Source: Bdellovibrionales bacterium (lineage in GTDB: Bacteria > Bdellovibrionota > Bdellovibrionia > Bdellovibrionales > UBA1609). Taken from it: a stretch of DNA of 64,000 nt. Below, in pieces: positions 34,945-43,625 of this stretch. Where the stretch lies: NCBI GenBank assembly GCA_965205645.1, contig OZ242172.1, positions 576,122 to 640,121 of the forward strand, in the 5' to 3' direction. Numbering within the stretch: the first letter of the stretch is position 1; every line of letters begins with the position of its first letter. The notes beneath the pieces were generated by a model. That model saw only the letters and a program-made list of their open reading frames with translations. It was not told the DNA's origin and searched no databases. Position numbers and translations under genes: made by a program.

Positions 34945-35452
34945 TTAAAACCGGCCCTTTTAAAAAATATATCCTGTTTTTTTTTCGATTGTCGTGGCCA
35001 CGCACGTAGAGGATACAATTCCTCAATATCAGCTAAAATAGCAATTTTTAAGTCTTTTCTATACACTTACTATAAAATTTTGGATGTTTTCTATATAGTT
35101 GATATAAATTTTAGGGCTTTTCTATATATTACTGCATATAGTACTTCAATAATATAAAACAAGTAATAATGAGGTTTTAAAAAATATGAATAACCCGAGT
35201 AATCCTTTTAATCCAAGTTCAATAGTAACACCTACATTATTTGCTGGAAGAAGTCAGCAAGTGGTGAATGTTTTAAAAAAACTATCCAATGTGAGGGAAG
35301 GAATCTAAAATCCTTAGAAAGAGAATAAACAAAATTTTTTATTTTTTGCTTATACAAGATTTTCTGTCCTGTATTATCCGCTCCCCTTCGGTCGCAGATA
35401 CTATAGGCCGCTTCTTCGCTTCGAATTCTACCTTTTGTTTTTTAAATAAAAG

Positions 35453-35526
35453 TGATGGCGGTAGGACTCGAACCTACGACCTACGGCTTAGAAGGCCGTT
35501 GCTCTATCCAGCTGAGCTACGCCACC
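35453..35526 (-). tRNA. tRNA-Arg (anticodon UCU)
   Basis: Minus strand GGTGGCGTAGCTCAGCTGGATAGAGCAACGGCCTTCTAAGCCGTAGGTCGTAGGTTCGAGTCCTACCGCCATCA folds as a cloverleaf. 7-bp acceptor stem, anticodon loop CUUCUAA, TPsiC loop GGTTCGAGTCC, no encoded CCA. Confidence 0.9.
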
Positions 35527-35544
35527 AATAACATTACATGAGAT

Positions 35545-36837
35545 TTAACCACCATGTTTAACTAGCTTGTTATCTATAGCATATGAATGAGAAATAGCTA
35601 ATAAAGATAAACCAATTAACATGGCTAAAACACTAGCAACTAAGATACTTAATTTGGAATATACGGTTAACTCAAATACATTAAAACTTAAATGAGAAAT
35701 AAATAAAGACATTGTAAATCCAATCCCGGCTAAACATCCAACTCCTGCTAATCGTAGCCAATTAAATCCCTCTGGCCATTCTGCCAACTTCCAACGAATC
35801 GCTAAAAAAGAAAAAAGTAAAATTCCGATAGGTTTACCAATTAACAACCCTGTTAACACACCGATGGAAACCGGATGAGCAATAAACTCCATAAAAGAAA
35901 AATCAACCGGCAGAGATACCCCTGCATTAAAAAATGCAAATGTTGGCATAATGAACCAAGTAACATAAGGATGCATGCTTTCTATCAATCGATCAGCATG
36001 TGTGTGTAAACCACGAGCCGAACGAATAATTTGCTGAACTTCCTTATAAGAAGGCATTTGCTGAGTCAACTTTCGGATGTTTACCAGTTTTTCTTGCCGA
36101 TTGGTAAACCAGGCAGCTGGAGTCATTAAGCCTAAAATTACGCCAGACACCGTTGCATGCACGCCACTTTTTAAGACAAAAAACCAAGTCATTATTCCGC
36201 AAAAAATATAAAAAGCAAAATGTTTTATGCCAGCTTTTTTTGCACAATAAATAAGAAATAACATCAAACCGGCAAAAGCTAAAAACTGACTGGCAATTCC
36301 ATGCGAGTAAAAAAATGCAATAACTAATACAGCTCCCAAATCATCTACAATGGCCAAAGTTAATAAGAACACTTTTAATGATAGTGGTACCCTACCTGAC
36401 ATTAAGCTCAGTGCCCCGACGGCAAAAGCAATATCCGTGGCCATAGGGATTCCCCATCCTTCCTCACCACTGCCGTGCATATTAAATAGGAGATAACACA
36501 TAGCTGGAATTAACATTCCTCCTACTGCAGCGAAAATAGGTAGTGCCGCCTTCTTTGGTGTTGCTAATTCACCTACAGTCAATTCTCTTTTAATTTCCAG
36601 CCCAGCGACAAAAAAGAAAATCACCATCAAAGCATCATTCACCCAATGGTGTAAAGAATGCGACAGCGCAAAGTTTCCAATATGTAAACCGACTGGAAAA
36701 TGTAAAATACTGTCATAGGTAGCCGCCCAAGGGGAATTTGCTAAGAATAAAGCAGCCAGAGCGGAGATCAAAAGCGTCACACCCGCACTGGCTTCTAAAG
36801 AAAAAAATCGCTCAAATGGACTCAGCAGTTTTATCAT
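35545..36837 (-). CDS. nhaA: Na+/H+ antiporter NhaA
   Basis: About 12 TM helices with the conserved IVDDLGAVLVIAFFY (DD) motif and overall NhaA layout. Confidence 0.9.
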   Translation of the reverse strand: MIKLLSPFERFFSLEASAGVTLLISALAALFLANSPWAATYDSILHFPVGLHIGNFALSHSLHHWVNDALMVIFFFVAGLEIKRELTVGELATPKKAALPIFAAVGGMLIPAMCYLLFNMHGSGEEGWGIPMATDIAFAVGALSLMSGRVPLSLKVFLLTLAIVDDLGAVLVIAFFYSHGIASQFLAFAGLMLFLIYCAKKAGIKHFAFYIFCGIMTWFFVLKSGVHATVSGVILGLMTPAAWFTNRQEKLVNIRKLTQQMPSYKEVQQIIRSARGLHTHADRLIESMHPYVTWFIMPTFAFFNAGVSLPVDFSFMEFIAHPVSIGVLTGLLIGKPIGILLFSFLAIRWKLAEWPEGFNWLRLAGVGCLAGIGFTMSLFISHLSFNVFELTVYSKLSILVASVLAMLIGLSLLAISHSYAIDNKLVKHGG

Positions 36838-36838
36838 A

Positions 36839-37660
36839 TTACCTCTTAAAACTGTTTTTCTTCTTTTTTTGAATATGTGATTCTAACTCTTCTGTCCATG
36901 TTTTGTAGTTATTAAAAATAGTGTCAATGTCAGCTGGTGGCTGAATAGGACCTACATATAAGCGTGTTTTGCCAGGTCGTGGAAAGTAATTGTCTCTTGG
37001 CCACAAAGCGCGGTTGCCGCGAAAATAAAGAAATAAAATCGGCGTGTTCGTTCGTTGTGATAATATTGCTGCTCCCTTCTTAAATGGCTGCAATGTACCA
37101 TCTGAAGAACGAGTGCCTTCTGGGAACATAATCATCCATACTCGCTTTAAGGAACTTAAAATATTCAGACATTTTTTAACGGATTCGGATCGCCTCACTA
37201 TCGTTGTTTCAGTGGCATTTTGTATACCCTCAGTTGAAGCACTTTCACGATTTTTGCCTCTATTCATCGGAATGGCATTTAGAAAATGCTTTGAAAAAAA
37301 TCTTAATAATCCATTACTAAACCAATAATCCTGTGCAGCTAAAATATATAAATCCATCCAATGTGAAAACGAAATAGCAGATAAAATAGCTGGTCCATCC
37401 AAGTGACTTGTGTGATTGGAAATAATAATCAGCTTAGGGTATTTTTTATAAAATCCTTTAAAGCTACCTTTGATCTTCATGCGTATATAAAATTTAAAAG
37501 CCATTCGTAGGAATATGGCCCAAATGGCACGTGCAAATAAATGCCCAGATATTTTTTCATAATCAAATAGTTCCCAAAACCGAGGTTCATCATCTAATGG
37601 TGGTTCTTTTGTTTCCAGATCCATATCTTGCATGAGAATACGCCTTTCAATAATGTCCAA
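36839..37660 (-). CDS. 1-acyl-sn-glycerol-3-phosphate acyltransferase family protein
   Basis: HX4D motif NHTSHLDG and the FPEGTRS motif. Confidence 0.8.
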   Translation of the reverse strand: MDIIERRILMQDMDLETKEPPLDDEPRFWELFDYEKISGHLFARAIWAIFLRMAFKFYIRMKIKGSFKGFYKKYPKLIIISNHTSHLDGPAILSAISFSHWMDLYILAAQDYWFSNGLLRFFSKHFLNAIPMNRGKNRESASTEGIQNATETTIVRRSESVKKCLNILSSLKRVWMIMFPEGTRSSDGTLQPFKKGAAILSQRTNTPILFLYFRGNRALWPRDNYFPRPGKTRLYVGPIQPPADIDTIFNNYKTWTEELESHIQKKKKNSFKR

Positions 37661-37721
37661 TAATCATTTTAATATTAACTGCATTCTTTAAACTCTTAAA
37701 ATAAGCTATAAAATATGTTAT

Positions 37722-37826
37722 CGCCCCCCAAGGGGGGATGACTTCGCCGCGATTCCTCTGCACGCCTGTTACAACTTTGCCGATTATGTTTACAAATAAA
37801 AGCCTGTGGTAACTTGCTGCCGCCAC
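37722..37826 (-). repeat. A-repeat copy plus adjacent variant tail, intergenic
   Basis: cgccccccaaggggggatgacttcgccgcgattcctctgcacgcctgttacaactttgccgattatgtttacaaataaaagcctgtggtaacttgctgccgccac. Confidence 0.75.
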
Positions 37827-37915
37827 TGATAATACTCACTAGGATGACACATATTTCAACCATTAACTTGCCTGTCCAAAAAAATACAGCTTAACAAAAT
37901 AAGAATAAAAGTTTA

Positions 37916-39172
37916 ATGACAAGATACCAAATAAAAGGAAAGAATATGTATTTTTTGTTACTGGAAGGGATTCACCCTATAGCAAAGGCGCAACTAACAG
38001 CATACGGGTTATCTGTAAAGCAGCTAAAATCTCCCATTGATTGGAAAAAAATGTCATTTAGCGGCAATATTACAGGTTTATGTATTCGATCTCGCACAAA
38101 AATAACAAAAAATATTTTGCAGTCTTTACGCCAGCTCAGAGTCATTGGTGCGTTTTGTATCGGGACAGATCAAATAGATTTAACAGCTGCTTGTCAGCTA
38201 GGCATTCCTGTTTTTAATGCTCCCTATGGTAACACCCGTAGCGTAGCAGAGCTTACCATCGGACATATTATCGCTCTGTCTCGCCAAAGTTATCGCTTGA
38301 ACCACATGATGCATCAGGGGAAGTGGCGTAAAAGTTCTCAAGGTAGCCGTGAGGTACGTGGAAAAACACTTGGTATTTTAGGATATGGCCATATCGGAAC
38401 ACAAGTAGGCATACTCGCAGAATCCTTGGGAATGCAAGTCTTATACTTTGACATTGCTGAAATGCTTCCCATGGGTAATGCTCGTGCTGTTAAGAATATT
38501 AAGGAACTCTTATCTCGCAGTGATATAGTGACTTTGCATGTTCCTGAAACTCCTTTAACGAAAAATATGATTCAGTCTAAACAATTAAAATGGATGAAAA
38601 AAGGTAGTGTACTGATTAATACCAGTCGTGGGTCAGTCGTCAATATTCAAGACTTAAAATCGGCTTTGCAAACAAAGTGGCTATGTGGCGCAGCCATAGA
38701 CGTATTTCCCAAGGAACCTTTATCCGCTTCATATGATTCATTTGTGAATGCACTACAAGGAATGCCACAGGTGATTCTCACTCCACATATCGCTGGTAGT
38801 ACAGAAGAAGCGCAAGAAAATATTGCTCGGCAGGTTTCTGATTCTCTAAGAAGATATTTATTCCATGGAATATCTGAAGGTAGTGTTAACTTTCCCACTT
38901 TAAACCCTTCGCCTATTAGTAATACCAAGGAGTATCAGCGATTAGTAAATATTCATCATAATGTACCGGGAGTGCTTGCTCAAATTAACGGTTTGGTTTC
39001 TCAATTAAAAATTAATATTACAACACAACAGCTAGCGACTAATGAACATATTGGGTACTTGGTAATGGACGTAGAAAAAGAACATCAGAAACAACTATGC
39101 CAGGCGATTCACCAACTAAAAACGTCTATCCGTACTTTCATTCTCCCTCCTCCCCAGGAAGAATCCCCATAG
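37916..39172 (+). CDS. serA: D-3-phosphoglycerate dehydrogenase with C-terminal ACT domain
   Basis: NAD-binding GILGYGHIGTQVG, catalytic-region LTPHIAGST, C-terminal ACT-like RLVNIHHNVPGVLAQING. Confidence 0.9.
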   Translation: MTRYQIKGKNMYFLLLEGIHPIAKAQLTAYGLSVKQLKSPIDWKKMSFSGNITGLCIRSRTKITKNILQSLRQLRVIGAFCIGTDQIDLTAACQLGIPVFNAPYGNTRSVAELTIGHIIALSRQSYRLNHMMHQGKWRKSSQGSREVRGKTLGILGYGHIGTQVGILAESLGMQVLYFDIAEMLPMGNARAVKNIKELLSRSDIVTLHVPETPLTKNMIQSKQLKWMKKGSVLINTSRGSVVNIQDLKSALQTKWLCGAAIDVFPKEPLSASYDSFVNALQGMPQVILTPHIAGSTEEAQENIARQVSDSLRRYLFHGISEGSVNFPTLNPSPISNTKEYQRLVNIHHNVPGVLAQINGLVSQLKINITTQQLATNEHIGYLVMDVEKEHQKQLCQAIHQLKTSIRTFILPPPQEESP

Positions 39173-39182
39173 TTACTGCAAT

Positions 39183-40238
39183 TTACATTTGCAGTGATTT
39201 GTTGCTTTCTAATGGAGTCGAATGCATAGCATATTGCTCAAATACTCCATAATCATGCAGACGATTATATAAGGTTTTAATCGTAATCCCTAAAGCTTTG
39301 GCCGCTTCTCTCTTGGAAGTGAAATGTTCCAAAGCATGTAAGATATATATTTTATTCATTTCCGCTAATGACATGCTTGGATCATATTCAATGCCGACAT
39401 TTTGATACGGATTAGTCGCTAGGAGAGATTTTGGTAAATCATTTATTGTGATTCTATTTTCTGTTTTTAAAATACGCCATCTGCTGCAAAGATTTTGTAA
39501 TTCTCTCACATTACCTGGCCAATTATATTTTGTTAAGATACTCATAGCATCTGGAGCAATTTTCACATAAGGACCTAAAAAGTGCTCCAATAAAACAGGA
39601 ATGTCTTCCCGTCTTTCAGATAAAGAAGGAATCTCAAGCGTAATCGTATTGATACGATAAAATAAATCTTCACGGAAACGACCTTGTACCACTTCTTCTG
39701 CCAGGTTCTTATTAGTGATACATACCACGCGTACATCTAAATGAATGGGGGTTTTACTGCCTACTCTGTAGATTTCATTTTCCTGTAAAAACTTAAGTAG
39801 CTTGGCTTGTGTTTCGGGTTTTAAATCTCCAATTTCATCTAATACAATCGTGCCTTTATGGCTTTTTTCCAATAAACCTATTGTTTGCCGATTGGCTCCT
39901 GTAAAGGCCTCCTTTTCATAACCGAAAAGTTCACTGTTTGCTAAGTTGTCACTTAAGTAACTACAATTAATCACTGTAAAAGGTTTATTTTTGCGATAGC
40001 TTAATTGATGGATTTTAGAAGCCATTAGCTCCTTGCCTGTACCACTTTTACCAATCAGTAGAACAGAAGCATCTGTGGATGCTACCTTGTTAATAATTTT
40101 GATTAATTTAGCCATAGACTCATGGCGATAAACCATGTCTTCATCATTTACATCTTTTTGATCGTCTATCAAAGTGTTACCCTGGCCTTTATTAAGATAT
40201 GGAATCATTTGCCGTTCTCCTTCCGTGGTTAGACGCAT
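39183..40238 (-). CDS. Sigma-54-dependent transcriptional activator (AAA+ plus Fis-type HTH, no receiver or sensory domain)
   Basis: Walker A GKSGTGKE, GAFTGA-like EKEAFTGA, Walker B LDEIGDL, C-terminal HTH REAAKALGITIKTLYNRL. Only ~45 residues precede the AAA+ core. Confidence 0.85.
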   Translation of the reverse strand: MRLTTEGERQMIPYLNKGQGNTLIDDQKDVNDEDMVYRHESMAKLIKIINKVASTDASVLLIGKSGTGKELMASKIHQLSYRKNKPFTVINCSYLSDNLANSELFGYEKEAFTGANRQTIGLLEKSHKGTIVLDEIGDLKPETQAKLLKFLQENEIYRVGSKTPIHLDVRVVCITNKNLAEEVVQGRFREDLFYRINTITLEIPSLSERREDIPVLLEHFLGPYVKIAPDAMSILTKYNWPGNVRELQNLCSRWRILKTENRITINDLPKSLLATNPYQNVGIEYDPSMSLAEMNKIYILHALEHFTSKREAAKALGITIKTLYNRLHDYGVFEQYAMHSTPLESNKSLQM

Positions 40239-40322
40239 TGTGTCTCATAATAATACAGTGCATTATTATCTACCAGAGTTATGAATTTATTTCAATAGGA
40301 ATATGTAAATTTTTTACGAATT

Positions 40323-41612
40323 TTGAAAAAAATGTTTAACGTAAAATTATTTCACACTTGTATAAATATTAGACGATATATTCGTAAGTACTTAAAATAT
40401 ATAGAATTTAATAAAATTTTATCAGAAAATACCTGTCGAGCTTACCATATAGATTTAAGACAGTTGTTAATAAATTATCATCCGGTGCTTGGTAATTTAT
40501 TTTCTTTAAAAGGTTGGAAACTATACACTGATTTGTCTCAGGATGAGTCTGTTTTTGGCGTAGAGAGTGACTTATTTTCAGACATTGTTCATCAGCAGGT
40601 TGGTGGCGGGTTGCTACGGGCACTTACTTGTAAACATGATGTGCAAGATAGTGACAATAACGTAAATGCAGCCGCGGCGAAAGTAACCCCCTCTGGGGGT
40701 GGCAGGTCACCACGGGCACTTACTTGTAAACATGATGTGCAAGATAGTGACAATAACGTAAATGCAGCCGCGGCGAAAGTAACCCCCTCTGGGGGTATGG
40801 ATCCATTAGAGGAGAAGTGGGTAGGGGAGATGATGAAATACAGTTTTAAGAAGTGGGCTTCATTATCTCCGGCATCTCGTAATCGAAAGTATGCTTGTTT
40901 GAAAGCTTTTTTATCTTGGTTATTTGTTCATGGAGGAGTGCAGGTGGATATGCAGAGTTGGATTAAGCTACCACGTGTTCCTCAACGTATCCCTTATTAC
41001 TTATCTGTAGATGAGGCTCTTTACTTAATAAAGACTGTGCAAAAACAGGCAAACGCAAAAGAAAGAGATCGGGATTTATTATTAATTCTTTTGCTATATG
41101 GTGGCGGACTGAGGGTGAGTGAGGCTTGTGGTATGCAGTGGAATCAAGTGGATATAGCGAATGGTTGTTTACGTGTATTAGGTAAGGGTGGAAAAGAAAG
41201 GTTAGTGACAGTGCCAAAAGTGGTGTTAAAGGAGTTAGGTCGCTGTCAAAGTCTTCAGCATGACAAACATAATTTGCAAAGCAATAAAAAGGGAGCAGCG
41301 GAATCGCGGCGAAACGTTCCTCGCGACCCGCGAGTTTTTCCTGGGTTAGCGGTTAGGCAGGCTTATGAGATCGTTCGACGTTGGGGTCAGCGTGCGGGTT
41401 TAAGTAAACCGTTAAGTCCTCATGTTTTGCGACACAGTTTTGCGACACATTTATTAAGCAGTGGATCTGATTTACGTACTTTACAGGAGTTATTGGGGCA
41501 TCGTTCTTTGAGTGCTACTCAAAAGTATACGCACTTACAGATGTCACATTTGAATCGTTTGTTAGAATCTTATCATCCTTTACGTAATCGTCAGCGCGAT
41601 AAATCACGTTGA
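40323..41612 (+). CDS. Tyrosine site-specific recombinase XerC/XerD family (three in-frame A-repeat insertions)
   Basis: LRVSEA (Arg I), HVLRHSFATHLL and LLGHRSLSATQKYTH (catalytic Tyr). Two 32-codon tandem insertions LTCKHDVQDSDNNVNAAAAKVTPSGG in the N-terminal domain and a variant copy in the catalytic domain. Confidence 0.85.
   Translation: MKKMFNVKLFHTCINIRRYIRKYLKYIEFNKILSENTCRAYHIDLRQLLINYHPVLGNLFSLKGWKLYTDLSQDESVFGVESDLFSDIVHQQVGGGLLRALTCKHDVQDSDNNVNAAAAKVTPSGGGRSPRALTCKHDVQDSDNNVNAAAAKVTPSGGMDPLEEKWVGEMMKYSFKKWASLSPASRNRKYACLKAFLSWLFVHGGVQVDMQSWIKLPRVPQRIPYYLSVDEALYLIKTVQKQANAKERDRDLLLILLLYGGGLRVSEACGMQWNQVDIANGCLRVLGKGGKERLVTVPKVVLKELGRCQSLQHDKHNLQSNKKGAAESRRNVPRDPRVFPGLAVRQAYEIVRRWGQRAGLSKPLSPHVLRHSFATHLLSSGSDLRTLQELLGHRSLSATQKYTHLQMSHLNRLLESYHPLRNRQRDKSR
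40617..40796 (+). repeat. Two tandem long-core A-repeat copies (96-bp period) in frame in xerC/D
   Basis: cgggcacttacttgtaaacatgatgtgcaagatagtgacaataacgtaaatgcagccgcggcgaaagtaaccccctctgggggt occurs at 40617 and again at 40713. Confidence 0.9.
41259..41334 (+). repeat. Variant A-repeat copy in frame in the xerC/D catalytic domain
   Basis: catgacaaacataatttgcaaagcaataaaaagggagcagcggaatcgcggcgaaacgttcctcgcgacccgcgag. The tail and cgcggcgaa core are recognisable; the head resembles the partial copy at 27603. Confidence 0.6.
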
Positions 41613-41645
41613 TATATTGGTAAGTATTATTGATGCGTCTCTTAG

Positions 41646-41686
41646 ATTTAAATATTCTGCTCAAAAGCTCAGACATGCGTTTTGCC
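41646..41686 (+). repeat. Half B-repeat, left of the A copy
   Basis: gatttaaatattctgctcaaaagctcagacatgcgttttgcc. Confidence 0.7.
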
Positions 41687-41752
41687 CCCCAAGGGGGAGT
41701 GACTTCGCCGCGGCTGCATTTACGTTATTGTCACAGCTTTGCATATTTTGTG
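41685..41752 (-). repeat. A-repeat copy (long-core form), intergenic, flanked by two half B-repeats
   Basis: ccccccaagggggagtgacttcgccgcggctgcatttacgttattgtcacagctttgcatattttgtg. Confidence 0.85.
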
Positions 41753-41770
41753 ATTGTTTCTTAAGGGGGA

Positions 41771-41807
41771 ATCCTGCTCAAAAGTTCAAACATATGTTTT
41801 ATCCCCC
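41771..41807 (+). repeat. Half B-repeat, right of the A copy, same orientation as the left half
   Basis: atcctgctcaaaagttcaaacatatgttttatccccc. Confidence 0.7.
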
Positions 41808-42044
41808 AAATAATAAACAGTAGTATTAATTATATCTGTTTTATGTGTCTCATTTTGAGATTTTTATCTAAATTAGTAAAAAAAACCATTACTTATTAAA
41901 GTTAATGGAGCAAATAGCAGAGTAATTATTATGTAAATATCTAAGATAATATTTCGGAAGGAATAAAATAAGTCATCGTGTGCATTAAAATAAGAAGTTT
42001 GTCATAATCAATAGCAGTAAAAATAAAAAAATTAGGAATGTTTA

Positions 42045-43568
42045 ATGGGTAAAAGGTTAGATGAATTAAAGCAATGTTTTCGTTTAGATAATATTCGTCG
42101 CATAAAAGGTTCAGCAGCTATTTTAATGGCTTTAGTGGTGTCTGGTTCTGTCGCAACAGTGATTTTTGTGAGTCAGAACACTTTAACACAATTTATGTCT
42201 GCTCGGAGTAAAAGAACGGTTAATTGGCAGATGGATCTAGCGGTGCAGTATGGACTGCATTTAGGTGGATATTTAGTAGCTAATAATGTCATTTTATGTC
42301 GTGAAGGTGGATGGAGAGCTTTAGGTGATACTGGACCCTTATGTAAATGGACAGATGCTAAAGAAAAAGGGATTCCTTCACCGAGTGATTATGATCTGAC
42401 AGATAAGACAGCTGTTGTGGTTGGAGAGCAAAGTAGAAAACAGCTTCGTTATAATGGAACAAAAGATATTGAAGGTCAGGAATACTCTTATCAGTTATTT
42501 TTTGATTTAGTGAATTGGAAAGATGCCAGGATGAGTAGCTTGATGGGGGAAGTGCCAGATACGCTTTGTCGAAATACGAAATTACAAGTAGTGGAAGGTC
42601 TCTGTGATCAAGCGGATCAAGAGCATTGTAAAAAACCTGGAGGAGCAGATATTAAAGGCACGCATTGTGAATACATTGCCAATATGGATCAGGATATGAC
42701 GATTGTATTATTAAAAGTGGTTATATTGGATGAAGATGAAAATCCTGTGGGTAGTCCAAAATATGCTGGTATTAGAAGACCTTTGGCTGCTATCACATTG
42801 GAGGTGGCAACGCCGCCAAAGTGTGAGCTATCCTGTGCGTCTGGTTTCGGTGGTCTCTTCCCTGAATGCCGAAGTTCGCCAACGGCTGAATCTGCTGGTA
42901 TAAAAACTGGTGTTTCTTCTATGGAATTGCGAGTGCACAATCAAGGTCCTGGGGCTATTTATGCACTTTCATTGTTACGGATGGATAAGCCGACTAGTTC
43001 TACTGCTTCTTGTGAAGATAAAGCAGGTCATTCAGATTGCACATATATGGTGACTCCGGATTTGCTAAAATTTAAAACAATAGAAGTATTTTTTCCAGGT
43101 GATGAATTTACTTTTACAGAACCTGTAGACTGTTCAAAAAAGACAATTGTAAAAGAAATAGTTAAGCGTCAGATATGTCAAGGTGGACGATGGGAGAACA
43201 CAGATTGTAAAGTAGGAAGTCTTACTGTAGAGAGTGTATCTATTAATCCACATATTCAGCCGTTTTCAGAGATTGTTTTTGATTTATTTTCTATGCAATC
43301 TATGAAGAATTCATGGGGAGCATGTATGAAAGAGGGATTTGCAACCTCAACTATAGATTTGAAGGATTGGATTGTTGCAAAAGATAATAAAGACTGTGGA
43401 CCTGGAGGTATAGAAGGTAAAACTTGTGGAGAAGGTAAAGGTAAATGTCGTTATCCTGATATTGAACCAAAGCGAATTTTTGCTCCTGGTTCTGGATCAG
43501 GTCATGGCTCTTTTCATATACAGCAAGAGATATTAAAAGTAATTAATAAATTTGTTATGCCTCATTAA
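42045..43568 (+). CDS. Cys-rich exported protein with PilX-like N-terminal hydrophobic segment
   Basis: N-terminus RRIKGSAAILMALVVSGSVATVIFVS resembles PilX/minor-pseudopilin N-termini ([KR]G-small-x-[ILV]...). More than 20 Cys. No other domain recognised. Confidence 0.45.
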   Translation: MGKRLDELKQCFRLDNIRRIKGSAAILMALVVSGSVATVIFVSQNTLTQFMSARSKRTVNWQMDLAVQYGLHLGGYLVANNVILCREGGWRALGDTGPLCKWTDAKEKGIPSPSDYDLTDKTAVVVGEQSRKQLRYNGTKDIEGQEYSYQLFFDLVNWKDARMSSLMGEVPDTLCRNTKLQVVEGLCDQADQEHCKKPGGADIKGTHCEYIANMDQDMTIVLLKVVILDEDENPVGSPKYAGIRRPLAAITLEVATPPKCELSCASGFGGLFPECRSSPTAESAGIKTGVSSMELRVHNQGPGAIYALSLLRMDKPTSSTASCEDKAGHSDCTYMVTPDLLKFKTIEVFFPGDEFTFTEPVDCSKKTIVKEIVKRQICQGGRWENTDCKVGSLTVESVSINPHIQPFSEIVFDLFSMQSMKNSWGACMKEGFATSTIDLKDWIVAKDNKDCGPGGIEGKTCGEGKGKCRYPDIEPKRIFAPGSGSGHGSFHIQQEILKVINKFVMPH

Positions 43569-43625
43569 AAATAACTCAGTGGTTGAGCATGAGTGTAAAA
43601 TAATATGGAATGTTTTGGAGATTAA

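Noticed and set aside
35186-35308. 40-codon ORF MNNPSNPFNPSSIVTPTLFAGRSQQVVNVLKKL next to tRNA-Arg. It resembles the N-terminus of AAA-ATPase genes (NPF..P....F.GR motif), which hints at a decayed island at the tRNA.
   Set aside because: It is too short for a family assignment. No integrase, direct repeat of the tRNA 3' end or further remnants could be found in 34950-35450.
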